DNA of 63,739 bases, filler included, from Globobulimina sp. (GCA_003354225.1; 52 parts of 52 records of this genome joined end to end with filler, not necessarily neighbours in it), one strand, 5' to 3'. Positions 9,934 to 23,339 are shown, numbered from the whole stretch's first letter. Notes: generated from the sequence alone by a model not told the origin. Numbers and translations are program-made.

Positions 9934-10240
9934 ATTGGCAGTAGTCAATTAAATGCTACATCAGATCGAGGCCAATTCCACCAAACATATAGTTACTCAT
10001 AGCAAACCAAGGACATTCAAGCAATTTAATTCAACGATTGAGTTGTCCAACATAGCAACAATTCGCATGTTTCGAAGATGTTTTCACTCACTACCTTACT
10101 GTTTTTAATTTCCTCATCATTTCGATACCTAGTAATTATTTCCTGCAATTATTGTGAGAATAATAATAATTTCTATCAAAAGACTAAAATATGAGTGTAA
10201 CTGAGCCAATTTTCAGTGAATTACTAAATATTACCAGTAT

Positions 10241-10959
10241 TTGCTAAAAAATAGTGTTGATTGTTTTGAAACTATGCAATTAATTATTGATCAAAATCGG
10301 ACCGATTCATTGCCAGAAATTCCATTTGGTCATTGGCTGATGATTAAGAACAATATTTATTCTTTGCAAAATAAAGAAAATCATAATTCGAAACGAAGAA
10401 ATTCGTCATTTGCATTGAAATTAAAACAAAAGAAATTAAAGAAAAATAAGTTGAAAAAAAGAAATCGACAAAGACAGAATCAAAAATTAGTGAAAACAAA
10501 AAAAATTAAAAAAATATCGCGGTCAAAAAATAAAAATGGACGACGATGGACAGTAAAGGAAGAAAGAAAATTAATTAAATTAATACGTCGATGTTTAGAA
10601 AATAATAATATTTCCGCTGTAAATTGGAATAATTTATCATATAAATTTGATAATCGATCAGCTGCGGCATTACGGGCAAAATATAATAAATTAAATAAAA
10701 AAGAAACTGTTCCCACAATATTCCAAAATGAAAATGAAAATGAAGAAAATGATGACAATGATGTTGAAATGTTATTAGATGACAATGATCAGATTGATAA
10801 ACATAAAAAACGTGCAATTTGCATAAAATGTCCATTTACAATGAACGTAATGGCATTTCCATGGAGATCAAAAATCTGTGGACATTCATTTGAAAAAAAC
10901 AATATTATCAATTATTTAAAACAAGAAAGAAAACGTAAAAAGGAAACAATTAAATGCCC
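10241..10959 (+). CDS. Myb/SANT + SP-RING (Nse2/Mms21-type) protein, 3' partial
   Basis: RRWTVKEERKL...W...FDNRSAAALRAKY, then CPFT...SKICGHSFEK...IKCP. Confidence 0.78.
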
Positions 10960-12755
10960 NNNNNNNNNNNNNNNNNNNNNNNNNNNNNNNNNNNNNNNNN
11001 NNNTTAATTAATTAANNNNNNNNNNNNNNNNNNNNNNNNNNNNNNNNNNNNNNNNNNNNCGGCTTGGTCAGGTTGGTAGCAAATAACTGAAAGAAACCAT
11101 TGAGATGTTAGGTTCGACCAGGGGGGTAACGTGGCCATATTAGAGAAATATGATGCATGCCACTTGGTGAAAGTTGCATTAGCTTCCCAACACTAGGGGT
11201 TAAAATACTTGAAACTTGGTATGGATATACTATGGACATATACTTTGTCAACCAACCCAGTTTACCTCCGACGCCACTTATCGTCCCTATGAAATAGGGT
11301 CATTTCCCTCAATGGTTCGGACTCAAAATATGACCATCAGTCAGTCAAAATGTGACCATTTTACCACACTATGAGCTATAAACCACAGGTCGACCCCAAA
11401 GCCTTCTCTAGACTCCTGCAAACAACTTCCAACAAAACTCATACTCCATACAATCCCTTGATCCAGAGATATATCAATTGGCGTTTGACACCTTTTTGGA
11501 AGCAACAAATTTAAATATTTCGCAATTTCCGGTCCCGTTTTTCTTCAGTTATTCGAGTGAAACTGCCTTATTAGGCGACTTTCGGTATCGATATTTGTCT
11601 CGTTCGAATCCTCTTGATCACCCACACCGCACCATTGGCAATTTGTCTGAAAACGGTCAATTAATGGGTTTTGGAACCCTCAAATATGAACCCAACTCTT
11701 TGTATACCTCTTTGTCTTTGTCCAAGCCAATTTATCTGCCATCTCTAGAACTTTCGATTCGATATTAAACGTCGAAATTGAACATCGTTTTGCCCTCAGT
11801 ACTAGAGATGTTGTGATACTATGTAGTTGTGACAACTTTGTTCATACCCGGGACTTTGTTGCTCAGCAGATATAGCTAGAACGATTCGAGAGTGTGTGAA
11901 TAGAGAGTGGCATAATGATGAAAAGTTTTATACACTTTAAAACGATGCTATTCATCTTTCCGTTCCCCTTCCCCTTTCACTCATCCGAACTGACCAGAAG
12001 GGATGGGAGGGCCCTTGGGGTGGGCGTTTGACAACCGGGGGGCATGGCACTCTGGGGACGCATCTTTTCCCACCCAAAAATATTTGTAAACAAGTTTGTA
12101 CAGCCATACCTGCAGGAGCTCAATCGGCCAAAGGGGGTAGAAAAATTTGTCCAAGGGGGAAGGGGCGGAAATCGGTCACAAATGCTCNNNNNNNNNNNNN
12201 NNNNNNNNNNNNNNNNNNNNNNNNNNNNNNNTTAATTAATTAANNNNNNNNNNNNNNNNNNNNNNNNNNNNNNNNNNNNNNNNNNNNAATTTATAAATTG
12301 TATTTTTTTTGTACCTGGCGCTTTCCACCACATATGGTGGAAATAAACATGTACACATTCACCTTTTTTAAACTGCTGAATAAATTAGTTGAGAATATAT
12401 ATTAGTCCATTTATATAAACGTAATTTGACATATTTGTTTGTTTGATTTTATAAATTCTCGACATGTTTTTTGTTTTTTAGTATTTTTGCAGAATTTATT
12501 TTTTTATTTGTTGATTTTGCAATTCTTTTGTGTGAAATGCATTGTATCATAGTTTAATTACAAACTTCTCACCCTCACTTCTTTGAAAAATCTGCTTGGA
12601 TCTGGTCCTGCGATGACAATAACAATGCACATTATGCCGATTTATACGTCTTGTTATTCATTTTTTTGTATTCTTTGTTTACTCGTTCACAGACAAGCAA
12701 CGTTGCTGTACTTATGTTTTTGTGTTCGGAGAATGTGCATTCTTAAAGGTTTTAA

Positions 12756-12861
12756 ACTTAACGATATATTCAGATATATACCCCCTGTATACCGAATATT
12801 TCCCTGACGTTTCCAACAAACGTTGAAACGAGAAAATGGTTATCTTTTTAATAGCATCGTT
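12756..12861. repeat. Diverged dispersed repeat, related to 36275-36393
   Basis: Both copies share AACGATA.ATTCAGATATATA..CCCC..TGTATAC..GAATATT.CCCT..CGTTTCCAACAA...AAATGGT...TATCTTTT.AATA.CATCGTT. Confidence 0.75.
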
Positions 12862-12979
12862 TAAAGGTTTTCTTGAGTAAAAATGTTCAGTGAAGTGCAA
12901 CTGATTTTGAACAATTCAAATATCGCAACACAAAACAACGTACAGTTTGCTATATTCTACAAAGCATATATCATTAAAG

Positions 12980-13415
12980 TCACTTAGCAGCATTTATAGT
13001 TAAATTATTATTTCCAGTTCTCCCATTCGATGGTGGTGCAGTAGTACCACCGCCTAATCGCGATCTATATCTATTCGTAGCAGAGGAGCTGATACCCATT
13101 GATCTACGTTGTAAATTATACGTTGGTCTGCCACGATATTGTGGCTTACGCACAATCTCCGCATGTGTGATATTTTTGATTTTATTCTTATCATATTCAT
13201 TCACTGCCTTTTGACTCCAATCGTCAATAAATGAATGTCCCTCTTTCTCAAACTTCTCCTTTGTGATAAACAATTCCTCCACAAATCGCGAGGTTAAATC
13301 ACCATAAATCGAGGCACCGACAAACATGCGAATATTGGATGGAAACTTAGATGCAATCAAACGGAATCTATGCGACACATTATGTAATTCTGCATATTTT
13401 TTCATAGTCATTGCT
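12980..13415 (-). CDS. Actin-related protein C-terminus, 5' partial
   Basis: MFVGASIYGDL...LFITKEKFEKEG matches the actin/ARP W.GGSI.A.L...WITK.EY.E.G motif. Confidence 0.7.
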
Positions 13416-14947
13416 NNNNNNNNNNNNNNNNNNNNNNNNNNNNNNNNNNNNNNNNNNNNTTAATTAATTAANNNNNNNNNNNNNNNNNNNNNNNNNNNNN
13501 NNNNNNNNNNNNNNNGGTCCCGCAAATTTTCATTTAGGACATGATTGGCCAATCAGGACGTTTCATGGACAATTTGGTACGGTACTGGGATACTGTAAGA
13601 TGACGTGTTTATGGGTCAAAGGAAGACTATGTTGCACGTGGCATTGACATGGAAGAATGGTGTTGTTGAAATTATGATGCTGGGGATGGGTATGAAAAGG
13701 ACAAAGGGATCAATTATGGAACATAAATTTTGGCGAAGAGGGACAGATTTGCCTTGAAATTTATTGGTTTGTGCCGACGCGACCCCCAGTATACCGGTCA
13801 TTGCTCAATTATCAGGTGTTTTTCTGATAAAAACGAGAAAATGGCGTCAAAGTGTTAAAGAGAGCAGAGTGCCGATGATCAAGTAATAATCGTCAGTGTC
13901 AGAAAGAGTAGGTTTGAGAACGTGGAGTGCGAAAAATTGTAAGAAATGTGTAACGTCGAAAGTATCAGAAGAATGACAAAATGGGTCCGTGAAAACATGA
14001 CAAAATGTATGATCTGGACTCGTGCCATCGGAGGAGTCATCGTTCAAATTGCCTGTGCTATTTACGACAGTGAACAAGAATAAAGGTTGGCCAGAAATTT
14101 CAATTTTATTTATATTATTTGCCTGAAAGTGTTTGAAACAGTAACTGGCGGCGTTCTTGTCATTCACCCGTTTGCTACCGTAACCCGTCATGGTTAACAA
14201 TTGTATTAAAATATGGCTGTTTACGGAGAGTAAATGGAGAAAGTATGTATATAAAGGAACTTATATTATAGATTCAATCATAGGAGGCGATGGCAAGTAG
14301 ATATAACAACCAAGTAGTCAGGAGCAAGTAGTGTAGAAAAAGTGAATCAACAAAGTGATGCATTGATGTATTTGGTGATTTTGTATGCAATAAAATAGAA
14401 AAGAGATGGAAATTGGGTTTTTGTATGGTAGAATAGATTAATCGAAATGTTGTAACTGTGCTCAAAGAAATCGGTAAGGTGTTTAACCTTTTTAACGGTA
14501 ATTTTAAAAGTAACCAGTAACATGTATGGTAACATGGTAACGGATGTCCCTCCGATTCTGTATGGAGAATTTTTGGAGAAAAGGGAGTGACAACAATATT
14601 GAGCTATATTTGTACAAATTCACTCACTAAAACTTGGTTCTTTNNNNNNNNNNNNNNNNNNNNNNNNNNNNNNNNNNNNNNNNNNNNTTAATTAATTAAN
14701 NNNNNNNNNNNNNNNNNNNNNNNNNNNNNNNNNNNNNNNNNNNACATCGTTTCGAAATCAGTAATACAAAATGTACCGCTCTTTTAACATAATGAAACAT
14801 GGCGGTATAGAAATTCACACGATATATCCGTTGTATTTATTACCGATCGTATATTTACCAACAGCACAAAAATAAATAATGTATAAAATATAATATTATG
14901 TAAAAAGATCACAAAAATTAGTTTCACATTGTTCAAAATGAAAATCA

Positions 14948-15871
14948 TTAGCATTTACAACAACAAACAGAATCAGTTTTAGTGGCAGCAACATGCAAAA
15001 CATTATGCAAACTAGTTTGTATTGTTGTTGTTTGTTTTGGTGATAACGGATTATTTATATCAGTCCCTATAATATTATTAAACGGATCCGCCAATTTATC
15101 CTCGTCATATTCATAACTAACCGCTGAAGTTGCACTTTTTTCTTCTGTTTCCTGCGCACTGTCAGATAGATCGCAGTCACTGTCAGGCTCCATAGCATCC
15201 GCTCTTTGTGCGGTATTCAATGAAAACGATTTTATCATTGGTATTGGTTGAACTTGCAATGACGGCGAATTGTTACCAACACTCACCACCGATGGCGCAG
15301 ACTTTTGTTTTTTCATTTTATAATTCAATTTTTTTAAATATTTATCCCTCGATTTTGCTCTACTCCGTTTTCGTTTATATTTTCGTTTCTTTCCACGATA
15401 AATTTTTTTAAGTAAAATTTGTGCGGAATCTGACGCATCGATAAAGCGCTTAAATGAATCCAATTTCAATAATAAATAAATATCTTTATATGCTGAGTCA
15501 AACATATGTTTCAACTCCACATTGCTCACATTCTCCAGATCTAATTCCAATATTTCTTTCTTATTTTTGCCATTTAAATTCACGGCAAATTCTGATTTGG
15601 ATGCAATAAATTTATCCCTTATAATGATAGCTTGATGCACGGGGTTAATATTATCGATAATGGTGGCTGATAATGGGACATGTTCACTTAATTGAAATTT
15701 ATATTCCAGTTCTTCATCTTTTTCGTCTATTTCGTCTATAATTTGCAAGTGATCCGTTTGTATTGTGCTTAGCGTTATTGTTGGAGCCTGCGGCTGCGTA
15801 GAAACGATAACTTGCAACGAAGAGCCATCCTCGACAGTGATATCAAACTGATTTCGAAATTGACTCACTTC
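14948..15871 (-). CDS. RGS-domain protein with split RGS box and C-terminal Cys cluster, 5' partial
   Basis: KFIASKSEFAVNL...MFDSAYKDIYLLLKLDSFKRF; the protein ends VCCCKC. Confidence 0.85.
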   Translation of the reverse strand, partial: EVSQFRNQFDITVEDGSSLQVIVSTQPQAPTITLSTIQTDHLQIIDEIDEKDEELEYKFQLSEHVPLSATIIDNINPVHQAIIIRDKFIASKSEFAVNLNGKNKKEILELDLENVSNVELKHMFDSAYKDIYLLLKLDSFKRFIDASDSAQILLKKIYRGKKRKYKRKRSRAKSRDKYLKKLNYKMKKQKSAPSVVSVGNNSPSLQVQPIPMIKSFSLNTAQRADAMEPDSDCDLSDSAQETEEKSATSAVSYEYDEDKLADPFNNIIGTDINNPLSPKQTTTIQTSLHNVLHVAATKTDSVCCCKC

Positions 15872-16006
15872 NNNNNNNNNNNNNNNNNNNNNNNNNNNNN
15901 NNNNNNNNNNNNNNNTTAATTAATTAANNNNNNNNNNNNNNNNNNNNNNNNNNNNNNNNNNNNNNNNNNNNTTTTATGAAAAAAAAAACACCTAGTCTTT
16001 CTCCAA

Positions 16007-16630
16007 ATGTTTACATCGACCCATATATGGCTGGTTTGCACAGCTGCGGAATGCATGGGCGAGCAATTATCAAGATGCGGAACATCAAAAAAATATGCAC
16101 TGCCATTCCAAAGCACTGCGTTGGAGGCAATGTATGGTAGATTTCATAAATATCGCTTGATAAATTATTATGCGAAATTTGGTTCGATGCATGAAGGCCG
16201 ATATGAGTTTGTATTGGAGGGCAGCAATGATTATGAGACCTGGGAAAAATATGAATTTTTGTTCAAACCATCGACGGCAACACAGATACCTCCCATTGTA
16301 CCATTACATGTACCTCGCTTAGATTGGAGGACATGGTTTTTGCCATTGTATTGGAAGAGATATCGGAATTATTCATATTCATGTTATACAGCACCGAATT
16401 GGTGGTATAAATTAGAGGAGAAACTAAAAATAAATGAGAAAGCGATATTGAAATTGATTAAATATAATCCATTTCCAATTGATGGGCCGGAATATATTCG
16501 AACATATGTTCATAAATTTGATTTTACGGAATGGGACGAGAGGTATAATGATGAGGATGGTGGAGCTGATGCAAAACGTATTTGGTGGGTCACGCGACCA
16601 CAAAACCCGTTGGATGAATATAATGAGTAA
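16007..16630 (+). CDS. Lipase maturation factor (LMF) family C-terminal domain
   Basis: INYYAKFGSM...RYEFVLEGSND..TWEKYEFLFKP...HVPRLDWRTWF...NPFP..GPEYIR. Confidence 0.88.
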   Translation: MFTSTHIWLVCTAAECMGEQLSRCGTSKKYALPFQSTALEAMYGRFHKYRLINYYAKFGSMHEGRYEFVLEGSNDYETWEKYEFLFKPSTATQIPPIVPLHVPRLDWRTWFLPLYWKRYRNYSYSCYTAPNWWYKLEEKLKINEKAILKLIKYNPFPIDGPEYIRTYVHKFDFTEWDERYNDEDGGADAKRIWWVTRPQNPLDEYNE

Positions 16631-17931
16631 ATGTAACAACTGTATAATTGTATTATTCGCATTTTTAATAATTTTAATTAAGACATATATAAAAACATGT
16701 GCAATACTTTAGAATAGGACCTGTTTGAAACACCGCGTTTTAGAAAAATTTTAAAACCTATGGAGAGGTGATCACCATCTCCTAACAAAACGACTTGCGA
16801 ATTTGCGGATTTTAAAAACAATGTGTTTCAAACCCTAAAGTATCCATACACAATTTTCAAGTATTTTATAAAAACTGTTTTCTGCTTCGACCATCCTGAT
16901 TTCCTGAACAATACCCCCCTCCCCTTTTGTATACATAAAATTCAATTGTACATTTGTTATAACTTGTGCTGGATTTGCAAACCCCAGGCAACGTTATAAC
17001 AAATCAAGTACAAATCCAACACAAACCTATAGCAAACCGTTTCTGGATTTGCAAACCGGTTCTAGTATAATTGAAAAATGTATACAACTTATCGCCACGN
17101 NNNNNNNNNNNNNNNNNNNNNNNNNNNNNNNNNNNNNNNNNNNTTAATTAATTAANNNNNNNNNNNNNNNNNNNNNNNNNNNNNNNNNNNNNNNNNNNNT
17201 ATATTAAGGGGGTGAGATTAAGAGAAGGAATCCCGTCACGTATTAAGGCGGCGAGAATGAGAGAATAAATGCCGTCATAAGGCGGTGAGAATGAAAAGCA
17301 ACTCATTATTTGAATATCAATGGGCGAAATCCCAAGAACTAATTATTATGGGACGTCAGACAGATAGAATGGGATCATTAAAAAATAACAATCAATTGTA
17401 TGACGCCGAAATTTTCTCCCTTGATATCTGTTTTTTTCTATTTGCAATCTGCTTTTGTATGATTGTGATTTGAACCCAAATATTCTGGTTATATGGCTAT
17501 GTGGCTAGGTGGCTATGTGGCTATGTGGCTTCTCTCTTGTAAAATGTAAATATGCCACCGTTTTTGTGTTTATTTTTATGTATTTACCCCAGAAATGAAA
17601 TTCTGAGTGGCGTTGCTTTAATAATTCATTACTTTCTTTGGTTGTTTTTTCGATATCTAATTTTTTCATTGATAAATCAAAACATAATTCATTAAAATCA
17701 CTGCAATCATTCAAATCTTTTTCTTTTTCCTCATTTAAATATTTTGTGAGATCAAATTTTAAAATATGAAAGACCCAAAAATGTAATGTGTCCAAAATCT
17801 GTTGCATTACAATACTTTTTACAGATTCATCGCTTTCCATTAATGTATGATCACATGGACAACCACACGGGTCGCCCGCATTAAAAAAAAAATTATAGTT
17901 TATATAGGAATTCGTTTCTATAGCTTTGACT

Positions 17932-17980
17932 ACTTAGTTGAGTACATGAACTAAGTCTTAGTTGAGTAGATGAACTAAGT
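17932..17980. repeat. Tandem pair of palindromic 24-25-bp units
   Basis: ACTTAGTTGAGTACATGAACTAAGT followed by CTTAGTTGAGTAGATGAACTAAGT; the arms are ACTTAGTT/AACTAAGT. Confidence 0.8.
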
Positions 17981-18498
17981 GGTGGGATGACTTTCCATTC
18001 CAGTCGCAAAAAATATCTCTTTTCGTTTATTATTTGCTTTGCCCATTAATGATTTATTTCGTCAAATAACATGATTCAATATCACATACAATTGATACAA
18101 ACGATTCTTGCCACATTTCAAAGGCATTTCGATTCTCATCCACAACGTATCGATAATCACGCAAAAATAAATACATAACGTATCGATAAATCTTGCAAAT
18201 ATGCAGTATAAATTCCACTATAATTTGGAAGGAAAATAGGTTATAAATAAAATGTTAAAAGATAACATTTTATTAAGAATGTTAAAAAAGTTTTTTTGGT
18301 GCATGATGAAATATGAAATGTTAATTANNNNNNNNNNNNNNNNNNNNNNNNNNNNNNNNNNNNNNNNNNNNTTAATTAATTAANNNNNNNNNNNNNNNNN
18401 NNNNNNNNNNNNNNNNNNNNNNNNNNNCAAAATTAGAAATAGTGTTACGTGACAAAAATATGAATAATGCTACGTGACAGAAATAGGAATATTGTCAC

Positions 18499-19555
18499 GT
18501 GACAAGTGTAACGTCACCATGTTACATAACACTTCATGCTGCCATGATTGGTAGTGACAAGGCCAGACAGTTTTCAGCATCCTCATGCTGGGATAATAGC
18601 TTTTTACCACCACAAGCCAGATGGACAGCAAATGGATGGGGTTCAGGCTTAGTTAATAAGCCATGGTTACTGATAGATTTAGGCGACGAATATGTGATTG
18701 AATCAATCTCAACAAAAGGTGCTAAGTTACTTGAAGAATGGACTGAAAGCTATAATTTCCAATATGCCTCAGTTGTAGAGACTGGCTCATTTTCTTCTTA
18801 TCCCATTAACTTTACAGCGGATTTCGATCAGCATACAGCAGTCAATCAGACACTAAATCCACCGATAATTGCTCAATATATTAGATTCCATACAAAAACA
18901 TGGAACTCATGGCCTGCGCTGAGAGTAGAAGCATACGGATATCTTTGTATGTTTTTTTTGTCTCATTATGAAATATAAACAATACCAAGTGTACGTTAAT
19001 TTGTATCACCAGTTTCTACCATAACAACGACGTCAACATCACCAACCAAGACACCAACATCAATTTCAACATCAACACCAACCCAAATACCAACAACATC
19101 AACACCCAGTTCGGCACCAATAACAACAGCACCAACTACATCGATTGCAACCACTTTAATACCGACTACTTCACCAACTACATTAACGCCAACCAGTTCA
19201 GCTCCCCCAACAACAATTGATCCAACCACTACATGTGTTATATGCATATAATTATAAATGTGTTTTTGTTATATATTGGTTGGATATTTTTTATGATTAA
19301 CCAATGATAGTTCCAACTGCATCTCCAACATCGTTTCCAACAACCACAGCACCAACAAAACAACCGAGCAATGTACCGAGCAAACAATTGTATTTGCAAA
19401 CAACTGCACCGCCAACTAACACACTCACTCAATTAATATTCACCAATATACCCACTATATTACCCATAGTCGTTGATATTGATATTCCCGCAGCTGATGA
19501 GGCAACATCAACAATGCTATCCACTGTGGAAAATAATGGAGAAAATAGTCTGAAT
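18499..19555 (+). CDS. Discoidin (F5/8 type C) domain + mucin-like Thr/Pro stalk protein; introns 18947-19012 and 19235-19310
   Basis: PWLLIDLG...ISTKG...EWTESY...PPIIAQYIRF...W..WPALRVEAYG. Both GT-AG introns join T/P/S-rich exons in frame. Confidence 0.85.
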
Positions 19556-21559
19556 NNNNNNNNNNNNNNNNNNNNNNNNNNNNNNNNNNNNNNNNNNNNT
19601 TAATTAATTAANNNNNNNNNNNNNNNNNNNNNNNNNNNNNNNNNNNNNNNNNNNNATGACTCATTTAATAAACGAAAATGTGACACTAAAATAATATGAA
19701 TTAATAATAGTTTATTTTCAGAGATACCATCTTTGCCATCAATAAGATAATTAATAAATCCATCAAAAAATACTTCAATTTTATCAATTTCAAACGGTTC
19801 AGATTTACTAGATTTACTCGACAGAATATCTGTGAAAAATGGTGTGTATAAATTTATTAAAGTCGGATTATTTTTTATTTCTGCTGTAATCTCTTGCAGA
19901 ATTTGTCCCTGTTTGTCAATTGACGATTGTTTGCTTGCTTTCTTGTTTAATCTTTGTCTTTGTAACGAATTTGCCATGCGATACTGTAAAGTTTTTCACA
20001 ACCACGGATATTGGGTACATAAACTTCATCAGTCAGGAAGAATGGGAGATTAATGCGACCAGATAAAACGTACAACAAACACGAAGAGATGTGACTTGGT
20101 CATGATACAAAAATAAAAAGTAACAAAAAACAAAAACAGTCACCCATAATTTCAAAACAATGTCCAACATTAATTGAGAATAAAACATACAAAGATACGA
20201 CTAAAATATTAATTCAATCTGCAATATTATCAATTTCCGCCTGTAATGCACCGTCTGTTGTTATATATGTATTTTGTGTTTTTAGTATTATAATTATTTA
20301 ATTAATATTTATCATTAATTCAATATATCACATTCACACTCAACAAAAACAAATATAAACATATGTGTATCAAATACATCACAAATTCAAAAACAAACAG
20401 TTGGTAATTGGTATAATACAATATTTATAAACAATATATTTGATACAAAACATATGGATCAGATTGAACAATACAAATCATATAATTTGCCAACCTGACA
20501 TATCATCCATATCATCCGCGTTAACCTCTGCCAATATATCATCCACATTATCTACGTCAACATCAATATCCATATCAACATCGACATCATTGTTCCCTAT
20601 AAGTTATAAAACATCATTCGAACAATATAAATATCAAAAGCAGCAAATAAGCCATACCGTCGATGCCTAACTCCTTTTTCATTTTAGCTTTTTCAGTTTC
20701 AGATAAAGCATCAATGTGGAGATCATCCGCCAAAAAATCTTCATCTTCCCGCAGATCATTATTTATATTTATATTATCTGCATNNNNNNNNNNNNNNNNN
20801 NNNNNNNNNNNNNNNNNNNNNNNNNNNTTAATTAATTAANNNNNNNNNNNNNNNNNNNNNNNNNNNNNNNNNNNNNNNNNNNNTATCCTCTTATGTGCAG
20901 CATAATACATGAGAACGCTGCATCCGCTTATCACCAGCAATTGAGAGGCATATCAACGGGTGATACATATCGTTTTGCACTCGTTGAAAATGACGAGGGG
21001 ATGGTTAGTTTAGTGGGGTGGAGGGAAAATTGATTCTTACAGTTTTGAAGAAAGTATTAGTATCTAAAAGCTGACGCATGTAATGTCTGGCATCTCCTTT
21101 GATGTATTCACTGTGGAATTAAAACTAGATGCATTAGGCACACCATATAGAACTGTATCTATTCCATCATTCTATACATTTGGTATATATATTTAAATAC
21201 GTTTTTAATAATTTTTCAACTTGTGTTATGTCATATAATTATAAATATAAATCGATAGATAAACTGCACGCAATGATTGTATGGCTTTTTCAATGGAGGT
21301 ATGAATATGATTGGTTTGTCCAATTGCAATGTTAATTGAATATTATGATGTTAATTATTATTAAATTTAATGTAACAGTGACGAACATGCGCATACATTT
21401 AAAATACCAACAAATAAAAATGAAAATGAAGATAGAAGTAAAGAGCAGCTAGAATACGAAGTATACGATTCCTCGTCATCCTTAATTCAAAATAAAAATG
21501 ATGAAAAAGAAAAAGATAAAGAAAAAGACACCGCTGCAAAGGCTGAAGCTGAAGCAGAA

Positions 21560-22011
21560 GTGTTATATTATTGGGTTTCAAATATTAAATCGTTTCCAAC
21601 GCATTGTTGTAATATAAAAAAGAAACTTGAGTCTCGTGTTATGATTCAAAATGCATTGCGTGATAAAAATGATTGTATTATATATCAATACGATTTTGAT
21701 TCAAATATTAATTCAAATTGGACTGTTTTTGTTACATTATTAGCGACGAAGTCTATTCGTAATTTGCCGATCTGTGATTTTGATCCGTTTGAATTTGTAG
21801 AGATTATCGATGGAAATGGCAAAACAATTCCAGAATATGATATATTTTATGATATTAATGATATTAATGACAATTGTGAATATGAGCAGGAATTAAGAGA
21901 ATATCATCCAAAACGATTAAATGAAGAACTTCAAATTATGCGCAGTAAATATACCATGTTTTATGAAGATTATAAGAAAAATAAAAAAAAGAAACGAAAA
22001 ATGAGAGAGAA
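21560..22011 (+). CDS. Hypothetical protein, partial
   Basis: Long open frame that extends upstream through an acidic/charged stretch; no family recognised. Confidence 0.45.
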
Positions 22012-22117
22012 NNNNNNNNNNNNNNNNNNNNNNNNNNNNNNNNNNNNNNNNNNNNTTAATTAATTAANNNNNNNNNNNNNNNNNNNNNNNNNNNNNNNNN
22101 NNNNNNNNNNNGAGGAC

Positions 22118-23239
22118 GTGATGGTATCCAATATAAAAAGCAGCAAATTGAAGTCGCCCAACGTGAATTATGTGGTGGATCGAGCACGCAAATTAAGCGG
22201 GATCGACGTGGATAAATTATCCACCACTTCTTCGTCATTACGACGCAGAAAAACGCCCAATTACAACTTGATAGCAAACCCGAATACAAATTCAATGCCC
22301 CCGCCGTCATCACAGCACATAGCAACGGTGAGCAATACGTTGGTGATCACGCGTAGTGAATGGGAGAAAGGCGCGATTAGTTTGCGTTTGGGTGAGATTG
22401 GAATCGTAACAGAGCACAAAAACGATATGGAAGAAAAGGGAGAGAGTTATAAATACTCATTGATGAGCAACTTGTCACTCCGCGATCGAGCTAGTTATAT
22501 GACTTTAGGTAATTGTGCAGTGTCCGAATTATTGCAAGAAACGGACGGCTGCTCCAAGGAATACTGGGTGCCTTCGGACAGCAAGACGCCGCGTGGTATC
22601 TTCGTGTACAAATTCATCCATTCCGGCGAGCGGTATTACCATTATATGGGTAAAGCGATATTGCACCACGAGCCCTCGTTTATTTATGAGGCGATTTGCG
22701 ACCCCTCGTTCCGGTTTCGTTACGATAAGATGTTGGACGAGATGCAGATTATCGACAAGTTGGATGACAGCACGCTGAATAAGACGTATCTGGCGCGGTA
22801 TTTGCACACTGCGAAGCAATGCTACTTTTCGCAGCGGAGAGAGACCATCGTGGTGGTCAAGCATCGCTGCGTGGATGTGAATAATAAGTATGTGGCGGCC
22901 GGGATGAGTATCGAACATAAGGATTTCCCGACGGATAGCCACCAGTTGCAGCGGTCGACGAGCATAGCGAGTGACAGTCGCAGCGGCAGCCGGAATGAGC
23001 AGAGTCGGGAGAGTGCGAAGAGTAGCAATGCCAAGCAATTGTGCGGAAAGGGGCCGTCTAAATCTATCAATTCTGGTATTTTGCGGATGGATATTAAGTC
23101 GTCGGGGTGGGTCATTGAAAGGAATGTGAAGAAGCCGAGCGATTCGATTGTGTCATATATTACGAATATCAATTTCGGAGGGTCTTTGCCGTCTGCGTTG
23201 CTGAAAGGAATTGCCAAGAAACAGCCGTTGGCGATATTT
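22118..23239 (+). CDS. START (lipid-transfer) domain protein, partial
   Basis: RFRYDKML...QRRETIVV...AAGMSIEHKDFP...SGWVIE...IVSYITNINFGGSLPS. This contig is GC-richer than most. Confidence 0.85.
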
Positions 23240-23339
23240 NNNNNNNNNNNNNNNNNNNNNNNNNNNNNNNNNNNNNNNNNNNNTTAATTAATTAANNNNN
23301 NNNNNNNNNNNNNNNNNNNNNNNNNNNNNNNNNNNNNNN

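Noticed and set aside
11060-12187. ORFs 11478-11768 and 12028-12243
   Set aside because: There are no recognisable domains; the contig looks like non-coding, possibly repeat-derived DNA.
13516-14643. Possible decayed coding or transposon sequence
   Set aside because: It is purine-rich and codon-like on the plus strand but has frequent stops and no recognisable motif, so it is not callable.
18996-19247. Val/Gly-rich minus-strand ORF
   Set aside because: It is the antisense of the Thr/Pro-rich mucin exon.
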